A stretch of DNA of 64,000 nucleotides, taken from NCBI GenBank assembly GCA_034667685.1, contig JAXDQU010000021.1:32001-96000 (forward strand), given 5' to 3'. Shown piece by piece: positions 47,107-55,570 of this stretch. A program made the translations under genes and the position numbers. The notes beneath the pieces were generated by a model. It was not told where the DNA came from. It saw only the letters and a program-made list of their open reading frames with translations, and made no database searches. Within the stretch, counting starts at the first letter, position 1. Every line of letters starts with the position of its first letter. The DNA comes from Thermoplasmata archaeon (lineage in GTDB: Archaea; Thermoplasmatota; SW-10-69-26; JACQPN01; JAJPHT01).

Positions 47107-48228
47107 GTGCGCGCCCTCCTGGTCCTGGCCTTCCTGCCTGTTCTTCTCGCGGGCGCGGCCTTCGCGCAGAACGCGACGGACAACAGCACGGCCACCGGCA
47201 ACGCCACGGCGACCAGCAGTGGGCCTACCGCGGCGTCCGTGACGATGCACGCGCACGTCGAGGGCGACACCTACTACTGGACGCAGGGCTCGGACGCGCA
47301 GCGCAACCCGACGCTCTCCTTCGCGCCCGGCACGCAGGTGACGGTCACCGTCGTCGACGAGAGCGACCAGACGCACAACTTCGCCGTGGCGCCCGACGCG
47401 AAGGGCAGCCCCTACGTGAACGGCCAGGGTGACCAGACGACGTACACGTTCACGATGCCCAGCTCCGACACGACGTACTTCTGCGTGCCGCACAAGAGCC
47501 TGGGCATGGGCGGCAAGATCACCGTCGCGGGCGCCTCCACGGGCGGCGCCGCGGCGGGCGGCAACGCGAGCGCGCCGGCCCCCACGCCCGCGCCGACCTC
47601 GTTCACCATCGTCGCGCACGCCGAGGGCGACTCCTACTTCTGGACGCTCGAAGGCCAGACGCAGCACAACCCGACCATCACCGTGGCGCCCGACACGACC
47701 ATCACGGTCACCGTGAAGAACTCGGGCGACGTCACGCACAACTTCGCCGTGGGCGACGACAAGAAGGGGAGCGCGTACCTCGCCTCGCCCGCCGACGTCG
47801 TCACCTACACGTTCCAGAGCGGCCACGAGGGCGAGTCGTCCATCTACTTCTGCGTCCCCCACGGCAGCCTGGGCATGAAGGGCACGCTCAAGTTCGCCAA
47901 GGAGATCGCCCCGCCCACCTCCAGCGGCGGGGGCGGCGCCACCAGCGGCGTCCTGGGCACCGGCTCGATCAACGGCGACGCGGTGGACCTCGGCCAGGCC
48001 AGCGGCGACGGCAAGTGCGGCGGCATGCAGATTCCCGCGCCCGTCGCCGACAAGCAGGTCGGCGGCCCCACCGTCGCGGACTACCAGAAGCGCTGCGACG
48101 AGGGCGGCGCGCCCCAGGAGGGCCTCGTCACCCCCTCCAACGCCGACTACGTGATCCCGGTCTCGCTGGGCGTCATCGGGCTGGGCGTCGTGGGCGTCGT
48201 CTGGGTTCACAAGTTTTACAGGCCCTAA
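47107..48228 (+). CDS. Membrane-anchored protein with two cupredoxin domains
   Basis: Two THNF...YFCVPHxSLGM copper-ligand sets; signal peptide and C-terminal TM. Confidence 0.88.
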   Translation: MRALLVLAFLPVLLAGAAFAQNATDNSTATGNATATSSGPTAASVTMHAHVEGDTYYWTQGSDAQRNPTLSFAPGTQVTVTVVDESDQTHNFAVAPDAKGSPYVNGQGDQTTYTFTMPSSDTTYFCVPHKSLGMGGKITVAGASTGGAAAGGNASAPAPTPAPTSFTIVAHAEGDSYFWTLEGQTQHNPTITVAPDTTITVTVKNSGDVTHNFAVGDDKKGSAYLASPADVVTYTFQSGHEGESSIYFCVPHGSLGMKGTLKFAKEIAPPTSSGGGGATSGVLGTGSINGDAVDLGQASGDGKCGGMQIPAPVADKQVGGPTVADYQKRCDEGGAPQEGLVTPSNADYVIPVSLGVIGLGVVGVVWVHKFYRP

Positions 48229-48244
48229 CGCGGCTCGCGGCACG

Positions 48245-49000
48245 ATGGCGGTGCGCGACGACGAGCATGGGCCGCGCATCTTCTTCTCCTGGGAGGAGAT
48301 CGGGCACCTCGCGCTGGGCTCCACGGTGCTCACGCTCGCCTTCGCGCTCGTCCTGGGCATCCGCACCGGCGGCGCCTTCGTCCTGCCGCCGGGCTTCGAC
48401 TTCAGCGACGCGCCGCGCCTGCTCTTCTTCAGCGCCATCGTCGTGCTCCCGGCCTTCGTGCTCCACGAGATCGCGCACAAGATCGTCGCGCAGCGCAAGG
48501 ACATGTGGGCCGAGTTCCGCGCGAGCATCAAGGGGCTCGTGGTCGGCTTCATCCTGACCGCCGGCATTGGCTTCCTCGCGCTGGTCCCCGGCGCCGTGCA
48601 GATCTACGGCAAGGGGCGCGACCAGGCGCTCTACGAGCTGCGCGAGGCGCGCCTCCACGGCGACGCGAGCGAGGTCGCCTTCGCCACCGCCGAGCTGCGC
48701 GACGCCGCGCGCAACGAGGGCATCATCAGCGTCGTGGGGCCCATCCTCAACCTCGTGCTGGGCTACGGCGCGCTGCTCCTCGAGCCCGTCGTCGGCCCCA
48801 TCCGCGTCTCGCGCGACTTCGGCAACCTCCTCGAGGTCATCGTGCTGCTCAACGGCATCCTCGCCGCGTTCAACATGCTGCCCATCGGGCCGCTCGACGG
48901 CCGCAAGGTGTGGCACTGGAGCAAGCTCGCCTTCGTGGGCATGTGGGCGATGATCGTGGCGCTCGCGCTGCTGATCCTCCAGAGCGCGTACACGATCTAG
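48245..49000 (+). CDS. M50 site-2 intramembrane metalloprotease
   Basis: HEIAH, GP..N, FNMLPIGPLDG. Confidence 0.92.
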   Translation: MAVRDDEHGPRIFFSWEEIGHLALGSTVLTLAFALVLGIRTGGAFVLPPGFDFSDAPRLLFFSAIVVLPAFVLHEIAHKIVAQRKDMWAEFRASIKGLVVGFILTAGIGFLALVPGAVQIYGKGRDQALYELREARLHGDASEVAFATAELRDAARNEGIISVVGPILNLVLGYGALLLEPVVGPIRVSRDFGNLLEVIVLLNGILAAFNMLPIGPLDGRKVWHWSKLAFVGMWAMIVALALLILQSAYTI

Positions 49001-49060
49001 AACCGGTTTCGCAACCTCCTTCATTTGTTGTGGGATCTTTTTCTTTTCATCTTCCGCGTG

Positions 49061-49128
49061 GCCGCCATCACGCCAAGACGCCAACACGCCGCGTGTTGGC
49101 GTCTTGGCGTGATGGCGGCAAGCGAAGC
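49061..49128. repeat. Palindromic element, family C
   Basis: GCCGCCATCACGCCAAGACGCCAACACGC / GCGTGTTGGCGTCTTGGCGTGATGGCGGC followed by AAGCGAAGC. Confidence 0.9.
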
Positions 49129-49172
49129 CGGGACCCAAGCAAGGCACTGCGACAGAGGTCATGGAATTGGTT

Positions 49173-49568
49173 CTACGCGCGGAGCTTGAGGCGGGCCCAT
49201 TCGAGGAACCGCACCGCCTGCTTCTCAATGCGCGCGGCCGACTTCTCGTCGAAGTCCACGTCCTCGTACTCGACGACGTTCTTCTCGTGGATCACCTGCG
49301 CAGCCTGCTGCGCCCGCTCCTTCGCGTCGTCGAGGGGAAGCTGCCGCAGGAGGGCGATCACGTCGAGGTGCGAACCGCCCACCGAGCGCTCCCCCAGGTA
49401 GAACGCGGTCATGGCATCGGCCGCGCTGATGACAGCGTGGACCGCGTTGAGCCCGACGGCGTTCCAGTCCTCGCGCAGGGCGGCGTCCCCCATGCTCCGC
49501 TCGAACTCGGCGGCCTTCTTGAGATAGACCGCGTGGCGGGCGGGGGCAAGCTTCCGCGTCTTGGTCAC
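49173..49568 (-). CDS. HEPN domain protein
   Basis: Helical; HAVISAADA, SH, EKNVVEY (RxxxxH/Y-like); coupled to MNT. Confidence 0.8.
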   Translation of the reverse strand: MTKTRKLAPARHAVYLKKAAEFERSMGDAALREDWNAVGLNAVHAVISAADAMTAFYLGERSVGGSHLDVIALLRQLPLDDAKERAQQAAQVIHEKNVVEYEDVDFDEKSAARIEKQAVRFLEWARLKLRA

Positions 49569-50161
49569 GGCATGTCGCCCCGGAGCACGCGCCCCTCGGC
49601 GCGGACGTTGCCCAGGAGCGCAGTCTTGCGCAGCCGGGGCAGGTCGGACTCGGGGTGCACGATCGCCGAAAGCTGCGCGCCGAACCTCTCGCCCAGCCGG
49701 ATCGCCAGGTGATCCAGGCGCTTGCGCACGTCCTCCACGTCCGAGGCGCGCCGGGTGAGGACCAGGAGGTCCACGTCGCTTCGCGCGGTCTCGTCGCCGC
49801 GCGCGAACGAGCCGAAGAGGATGGCGCGCGTGACGCGCTCGTCCCGCACGCCCTTCCTCAGCGTGGCGAGCATGACGCCGGGCAGGTCGCGCTCGGCTTC
49901 GAACGCGGGTCTCAGGAGGCGAAACACCACGTGCTCGCGGTTCGCGCGCCAGGCATGGGTGCGGCCGTGGGTCTGGCGCGTGACGATCCCCGCCTCGCGC
50001 AGCCGGCCAAGCTCCTGGATGACCTTCGAGGGCGCGCCGCCGGCCATCTGCGCGAGCTGGCGCCCGGTGAACTCCTTCTCGGGGAAGAGGCTGAGCACGC
50101 GCAGGACGCGCACGCTGGTCTTGCCGCCGATGACGTCATCGAGCGGCGCAGAGGCCGTCAT
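49565..50161 (-). CDS. wHTH plus minimal nucleotidyltransferase (MNT)
   Basis: N-terminal HTH; LFGSFARGDE...SDVDLLV. Confidence 0.88.
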   Translation of the reverse strand: MTASAPLDDVIGGKTSVRVLRVLSLFPEKEFTGRQLAQMAGGAPSKVIQELGRLREAGIVTRQTHGRTHAWRANREHVVFRLLRPAFEAERDLPGVMLATLRKGVRDERVTRAILFGSFARGDETARSDVDLLVLTRRASDVEDVRKRLDHLAIRLGERFGAQLSAIVHPESDLPRLRKTALLGNVRAEGRVLRGDMP

Positions 50162-50185
50162 GGAGAGGACAATGTTCCCATTTAT

Positions 50186-51064
50186 TCATATATGTTCCCG
50201 ATCGGGGACAGACGGCTCCCGCGCCGCGATCAGCCCCATCGCCACGACGGCGCAGAGCAGCAGCGCCGCGCCCACGAGCTCCACGGCGCCGAACGTCTCG
50301 CGCTTGATCGCGAGCGAGACGAGGCTCGCCACGAGGATCTCCCAGAGCAGCAGGAGGGCGCTGGCGCTGGGGCGGATGCCGCGCAGCCCGTACGTCCAGA
50401 GCCCGTAGGCGGCGGCCGTGGTGACGACGCCCGCATAGAGGACGGCCGCGGCGCCCGGCGCGCTCCACGCGAGCGGCTGCGGGTCGAGGAGGAGCACGGG
50501 CAGCGCGAGGAGGCTGGAGAGGAGGAACGTCCACGCGGTGACGGCGACGGGGTCGCGCGTCGCGATGGCGCGGTCGTTCAGGACGAAGTAGACGCTCCAC
50601 GCGAGGCCCGCGCCGAGCTCCAGCAGGTCGCCCACGAGCTGGCCGCCGCGGAGGCGCGAGGGGTCCTCGCCCACGATGAGCACGACGGCGCCCGCGCAGC
50701 CCGCGAGGATCGCCGCGACGCGCGCCCAGCCCAGGCGCTTGCGCAGGACGTAGCGCTCCACGAGCGCGACGGCGAAGGCGCTCGTGTTCACGAAGAGCGC
50801 GGTGCGCGCGGGTGTCGTGAGCGTCTGGCCGTAGTATTGCAGGAGGAAGCCGGTCGCGTTGGCGGCGGCGAGCGCCCAGATGAAGGGATCGCGCGGCAGG
50901 CGCAGGTCGAGGCGGCGCAGGACAAGCGCGACGGCGGCGACGACGAGCCCGCCCACGGCGAAGCGCAGCACGACGAACCAGCCGGGCCCGACGTAGGCGA
51001 GCCCGCGGTCGTTGACGCTGAAGCTCGTGCCCCAGAGCGTGGCGGCGAGGAGCGTCGCCGTCAC
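50186..51064 (-). CDS. DMT/EamA family transporter
   Basis: LWGTSF, LRF, GDLL; ~10 TM segments. Confidence 0.85.
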   Translation of the reverse strand: MTATLLAATLWGTSFSVNDRGLAYVGPGWFVVLRFAVGGLVVAAVALVLRRLDLRLPRDPFIWALAAANATGFLLQYYGQTLTTPARTALFVNTSAFAVALVERYVLRKRLGWARVAAILAGCAGAVVLIVGEDPSRLRGGQLVGDLLELGAGLAWSVYFVLNDRAIATRDPVAVTAWTFLLSSLLALPVLLLDPQPLAWSAPGAAAVLYAGVVTTAAAYGLWTYGLRGIRPSASALLLLWEILVASLVSLAIKRETFGAVELVGAALLLCAVVAMGLIAAREPSVPDREHI

Positions 51065-51130
51065 TGCCGCTTTCGCGCCCGGTGCCTTCGGCTTGGAGCC
51101 GTCTCGCCGCGCCGCAGCGCGGCGACTCCG

Positions 51131-51235
51131 CGGGGGTTTCAGGGGGCAGAGCCCCCTGACGTCTTCGTCTTGAGGATACCATGCAAGGGGAGCTTCTTGC
51201 TTAACGTCGGGGGGCTCCGCCCCCCGAGCCCCCCG
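51131..51235. repeat. Palindrome with GGGGGCAGAGCCCCC / GGGGGCTCCGCCCCC hairpins
   Basis: Related to the terminal hairpins of 22753-22863 but in the opposite arrangement. Confidence 0.7.
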
Positions 51236-51297
51236 CGTGTGCGCGCGCTGCGGCGCGCGCGGACGTGCTTGACCGCGCCGACCTTCTTCGCCATGCC

Positions 51298-52314
51298 TCA
51301 CGTCCGCGTGACGACCCAGTCGAAGCCGAGCGCGCCATCGGGCCCGGTGAAGGAGACGTGGCGCGTGGTCGCCGGCGGGCCCTCGCCACGCGCGGTGGTG
51401 CCGGCCACGAGGTCGAGGCGGAGGTACGCGCCGCGCGGGTCGTCGAAGAAGTCCAGCGTGCGGCCGTCGGCCCCGTCGCGCGCGGAGAGGATCAGGATCG
51501 CGCCCAGCGAGCCGCGCCGCGGCGTGCTGTCGTTGACGCCGAGGTCGGCCGCGTGGCCGGGGCTCGCCTGGCCGACCGCGAAGCCGTCGTTGAGATCGAG
51601 GCGGACCGCGGTGCCGTTGCCCGAGACGGTGACGTTCTCGACGCGCAGGCCGAGGTCCCAGAGCGGGTCCGCGTCGTTCCCGTCGGGGACGCCGTCGCGG
51701 TCCGTGTCGGCGCTGCGCGGGTCGGTGCCCAGCGTCTTCTCGGCGTCGTCGGAGAGCCCGTCGCGGTCGGTGTCGGGGACGCACGGGTCGGACGTGACGT
51801 GGAGCGGGACGCCGCGCAGGGTCGCGTTCCAGCCGAGGACCTCCTCGCCGTCGGAGAGCTTGTCGCCGTCGGTCGAGCCGCGCACGGCGGAGAGCGAGCA
51901 CGCGGGCGTCGCGTCCATCTCGCCCACGAACTTGCCGCTCCCCGGCGGAAGCTCGACGACGCCGCGGGCGCGCCACGCCTTCGCCGCGTCGGAGTCGGGC
52001 GCCAGCGTCACGTTGTGGCCGTCGAGCAGCCCGTCATGGTCCGTGTCGACGTCGCGCGGGTCGGTCTTGAAGCCGTACTCGCTGGTGTCGGAGAGGCCGT
52101 CGCCGTCGGTGTCGGCGTGGTGCGGATCGCTCGTGGCGGCGCGCGGCTCGACGGTGCCGTTGGCGTAGACGATGCTGATCAGGTTGGGCGCCGTCTCCTG
52201 GTCGTCGGGGAGGCCGTCGCCGTCCGAGTCGCGCGCGCCGTTGCCCTGGCCCACGCAGCCCGATAGCAAAGGGAGGGCGAGGAAGAGGGCGAGGGCAAGG
52301 GCGGGGGCTTTCAT
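51298..52314 (-). CDS. Lipoprotein with DxDxDG Ca-binding (thrombospondin type-3-like) repeats
   Basis: LLSGC lipobox; DSDGDGLPD, DTDGDGLSD, DTDHDGLLD, DTDRDGLSD, DTDRDGVPD. Confidence 0.85.
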   Translation of the reverse strand: MKAPALALALFLALPLLSGCVGQGNGARDSDGDGLPDDQETAPNLISIVYANGTVEPRAATSDPHHADTDGDGLSDTSEYGFKTDPRDVDTDHDGLLDGHNVTLAPDSDAAKAWRARGVVELPPGSGKFVGEMDATPACSLSAVRGSTDGDKLSDGEEVLGWNATLRGVPLHVTSDPCVPDTDRDGLSDDAEKTLGTDPRSADTDRDGVPDGNDADPLWDLGLRVENVTVSGNGTAVRLDLNDGFAVGQASPGHAADLGVNDSTPRRGSLGAILILSARDGADGRTLDFFDDPRGAYLRLDLVAGTTARGEGPPATTRHVSFTGPDGALGFDWVVTRT

Positions 52315-53036
52315 GGGATCGAGATCCAGTTGAACGGGGGCTGGGAGTTGGACATCGCGGGGTCGGGCGGCACCTGCACGTTGTCGACCGCCTCGTGGTT
52401 GTGGAAGACGGCCTCGAAGGAGTACCAGCCGGTGCCCTGGTCGAAGCGCGCCTTGTCGACGTCGAAGTCGGTGGCCGTGTTGCCGTGGCTCGTCTCGACG
52501 GAGAACTGCGCGACGTTGACGTCGCCGGTGCCGTCCTTGCCGTGGTACTTCAGCGTCAGCACCAGCTCGCCCTCCGCGAGCACGCGGTCCTCGGCGTTGC
52601 CGCCGCTGGCGGACTGGAGCGCGGCCTCGACGGTGACGTGGTCGCCGCGGTCGAAGGGGTGCAGGTAGACGTAGCTGACCCACTTGTCGACGTGCACGCG
52701 CGAGCGCGCCTCGACGCCCGCGTAGCGCACGAGCACGTCGTACTCGCCGTTGCCCACGACGAAGTGGTCGTAGGGGACGAACACGTTGCCGGTGCGCCCG
52801 CTCACCTCGAACGTCCCGCCCTTGCCCGCCGGAGGGTAGGCGATCTGGTCGCCGTAGTAGATGACGTACTCCGCGTTCCCGCCGGAGAGGCGCGCGAGCA
52901 CGCTCTTGTCCGCGGCGAGGAAGATCGTCATCCCGCTGGCGGACTTGGGCGCGGAGGCGGCGATGATGAGGTCGGTGGGCGTGATGCAGCCGGGAAGCGT
53001 CAGGAGCGCCGCGAGCGCGAGAGGGAGCGCACGCAC
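52311..53036 (-). CDS. Hypothetical lipoprotein (beta-rich)
   Basis: TLPGC lipobox; operonic with neighbours. Confidence 0.8.
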   Translation of the reverse strand: MRALPLALAALLTLPGCITPTDLIIAASAPKSASGMTIFLAADKSVLARLSGGNAEYVIYYGDQIAYPPAGKGGTFEVSGRTGNVFVPYDHFVVGNGEYDVLVRYAGVEARSRVHVDKWVSYVYLHPFDRGDHVTVEAALQSASGGNAEDRVLAEGELVLTLKYHGKDGTGDVNVAQFSVETSHGNTATDFDVDKARFDQGTGWYSFEAVFHNHEAVDNVQVPPDPAMSNSQPPFNWISIP

Positions 53037-53039
53037 GCG

Positions 53040-54461
53040 CTATTCTCCCTTCTTCTTCGCCGCCTTCTTCGCCGCGCGGGCCGCCTGCTTCGCGGCCTTC
53101 GCGTCGAGCTTCGCCTGCTTCTTGGCGGCCTTGGCCTCCTTCTTCGCGAGCTTGGCCTGCTGCTTCCCGAGCCTGCTGCGCGCGCGCTTGAGCTCCTTCT
53201 CCTTGGCCTTGCGCTCCTTCGCCTCGCGCGCCTCGAGGATCCTGGCCTCCTTGCGCTCGCGCGCGGCCTGCGTGCGCAGCGCCTTGCGCTCGGCCGCCTG
53301 GCGCTTGCGCGCGGCGCGGAACTCGGCGGCGGCGAGCTTCGACTCCTCGCGGTCGCGCGCGCGGCGCTCCTTGCTGATGGACTTGTACTCGCCCCGGCGC
53401 TGCGCGTAGAGCGCGTCGAGCTGCGCCTTGCGCTGCGCGTACGCCTCGGGGTCGGTGCGCTTCAGCTCCGCGAGCAGGACGGCCTGGCGCGGCGTGGGCT
53501 GCACGCGCTCGGGCGCGCCGCGCTCCATGCGCCTCGCCGCGGCGGTCTCGCGCGCCCGACGCGCGACGATGGTGGCGCTGACGACGCCCAGGAGCGCCAT
53601 CGGGATCCACGAGACGGGGAGGTAGAAGCCCGTGACGCGGAGGATGCCCACGGCGGTGTACGTCGCGGGGCTGAAGGTGCTCGTGACGGTGGCCGTGAAC
53701 GCGGCGCTGTGGCCCAGCTCGTAGAGCGTGCCCTTCGGCGTGAGGACGGTGAAGGTGAGCTGCTTGGTCTGGTGGGGCGGGACGTAGACGCCCGCGGGCT
53801 GCGCGATCTCGAACGTGGGGTCGTTGGACACGACGCGCACGTGGAAGTAGTCGGGGTAGACGCCGTCGTTGCGCACGTCCAGCGTGTACGTCACCTCCTG
53901 GTTCTGCGAGGCCTTCTGCGAGAGGCTGCGCTGGTCCATCTCGACGAAGCCCTGCGCGTAGGGGTTGACCTGCGCGACGAGGTGGACGGTCTGGTTCTGA
54001 GTCTGCCCGTTCTCGGCCGTGTAGTTCGCCAGGAGGTCGAAGCGGAACACGGCGGTCTGGATGAGCGGGAGCACGGTGATGTGCACGCCGAAGTTGGCGG
54101 AGCCCGTGCCGGCGAGCTGCACGAAGGGCACGGTGGGGTAGGCCTGCCAGCCCAGCGTCTCGTTGGGAAGGCCCACCGGCGCGACGCGCAGCGACACGAC
54201 GTGCGGGGGCCCCACGGGCGACGAGCCCGACGTGCCCACGGCGTCGTAGGTGAGGTCGACGACGGTGCAGAGCGCGTCGCCCGCGCCAGGCGGCGCCGTG
54301 ACGATGGCGTAGCTCTGCGAGCAGGAGACGGCGAACTTGAACACCGACGACTGCGGGTCCACGGGCAAGGGGCTCTGCGCGCTCGCCAGGGGCGAGACGA
54401 GCAGGAGAAGAAGGAGCACGGCCCCGGCGGCCATGCGAAGCGCCGGGGCGCGCGGAGACAT
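53040..54461 (-). CDS. Type I membrane protein: Ig-like ectodomain, TM and Lys/Ala/Arg-rich cytoplasmic tail
   Basis: Signal peptide, TM near GFYLPVSWIPMALLGVV, tail ending KAAKQAARAAKKAAKKKGE. Confidence 0.85.
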   Translation of the reverse strand: MSPRAPALRMAAGAVLLLLLLVSPLASAQSPLPVDPQSSVFKFAVSCSQSYAIVTAPPGAGDALCTVVDLTYDAVGTSGSSPVGPPHVVSLRVAPVGLPNETLGWQAYPTVPFVQLAGTGSANFGVHITVLPLIQTAVFRFDLLANYTAENGQTQNQTVHLVAQVNPYAQGFVEMDQRSLSQKASQNQEVTYTLDVRNDGVYPDYFHVRVVSNDPTFEIAQPAGVYVPPHQTKQLTFTVLTPKGTLYELGHSAAFTATVTSTFSPATYTAVGILRVTGFYLPVSWIPMALLGVVSATIVARRARETAAARRMERGAPERVQPTPRQAVLLAELKRTDPEAYAQRKAQLDALYAQRRGEYKSISKERRARDREESKLAAAEFRAARKRQAAERKALRTQAARERKEARILEAREAKERKAKEKELKRARSRLGKQQAKLAKKEAKAAKKQAKLDAKAAKQAARAAKKAAKKKGE

Positions 54462-54476
54462 CGCGGGTCCCTCGGC

Positions 54477-55409
54477 TCACGCCTTGCGGCGGCGGATGCC
54501 GATGACCAGGGCGACGCCCGCGAGCGCGGCGAAGAGCACGCCGGGCTCGAAGCCGGGCACGTAGAAGCCGCGCGTCGTGAGGACGACCGAGATGACGGAC
54601 GAGTCGCCCGTCAGCTTGGGGTCCAGCGCGTACGCCGAGGTGACCTTGTACGTGACCGTGCCGACCTGGTTGAGGTAGCCGTTGTGGTAGGGCGTCTGCA
54701 CCGTCAGCTGGATGTCCTGGCTGATCTGCGAGCCGCCGGCCTGCTTGGACTGCAGGATCGAGGGCTGGGGCGCGGGCGCCGTGAGGTCGCCGGTGACCGT
54801 GTCGGGCGTGATGGTGACCTTCGTGTTCGCGTTGCCCAGGTTCGTGATCTTCACGGGGAAGACGACGGGGGTCTGGGGGCGGTCCACCTTGACGGCCTCC
54901 TGGAGGTTCACGTCGATGATGCTGAAGTAGTCCGCGCCGATCTGGAACGCGGTGCCGCCGGTGACGGCGCCGCCGGACTGGCCGGTCGTGGTGCCGGAGA
55001 CGGCGACCTGGTCGTTGCTGAACGCGGGCGCCTGGTCGGTCGTCGAGATGCAGATCTGGAGCGGCGTCGTGCCCGAGAAGGTCGGGCTGGCGGCGCCGGC
55101 GCCGGCCTGGATCGGGAAGATGGCCGTCGTCGGGGAGAGGACGACGGTGGCCCACGCGGGCTGCTTGGTGACCGAGAACGTGACGGGCACGCCGATGAGG
55201 CCCGAGTAGGAGTCCGCCGAGGCCGTGATGGTGACCGTGGAGGTCTGGCACACCGCGGGGCGGAGGGGCTTGATCGGGTCCGCGAACGAGACGGGCGAGA
55301 ACGTGAGCTGGCCCGTCTTCTGCGCGCTGGCGTCGGGGACGAAGACGGCGAGCGCGCCGAGCACGAGGCTCGCGACGAGCAGGATGTTCAGGATGGTCTT
55401 GATGCGCAT
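54477..55409 (-). CDS. Secreted Ig-like surface protein with PGF-CTERM sorting signal
   Basis: Signal peptide; C-terminal VPGFEP-TM-RRRKA; GGAGAGG SD-like site upstream. Confidence 0.85.
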   Translation of the reverse strand: MRIKTILNILLVASLVLGALAVFVPDASAQKTGQLTFSPVSFADPIKPLRPAVCQTSTVTITASADSYSGLIGVPVTFSVTKQPAWATVVLSPTTAIFPIQAGAGAASPTFSGTTPLQICISTTDQAPAFSNDQVAVSGTTTGQSGGAVTGGTAFQIGADYFSIIDVNLQEAVKVDRPQTPVVFPVKITNLGNANTKVTITPDTVTGDLTAPAPQPSILQSKQAGGSQISQDIQLTVQTPYHNGYLNQVGTVTYKVTSAYALDPKLTGDSSVISVVLTTRGFYVPGFEPGVLFAALAGVALVIGIRRRKA

Positions 55410-55570
55410 GGCTGTAACCTCTCCAACGAGGCGGACGACCCACCTTTCGGGGGCGTATTTAGAGCCTCGGTTTTGGAATCCCGCAACGGGGACGCGACGA
55501 CACTCCCAAGGTGGTCTTATAGACTTATTGGATGCAGCGTTTTTCAGAGGGCCACCGGGAAAGAGTGGTG

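Noticed and set aside
5244-49128. Palindromes as ordinary intrinsic terminators
   Set aside because: They lack U-tracts, are much longer than needed and also lie between divergent genes; a secondary terminator role is not excluded.
51298-55443. 1381-aa giant protein
   Set aside because: Only the last ~338 aa (from ATG 52314, with lipobox) look real; the rest overlaps three genes in other frames.
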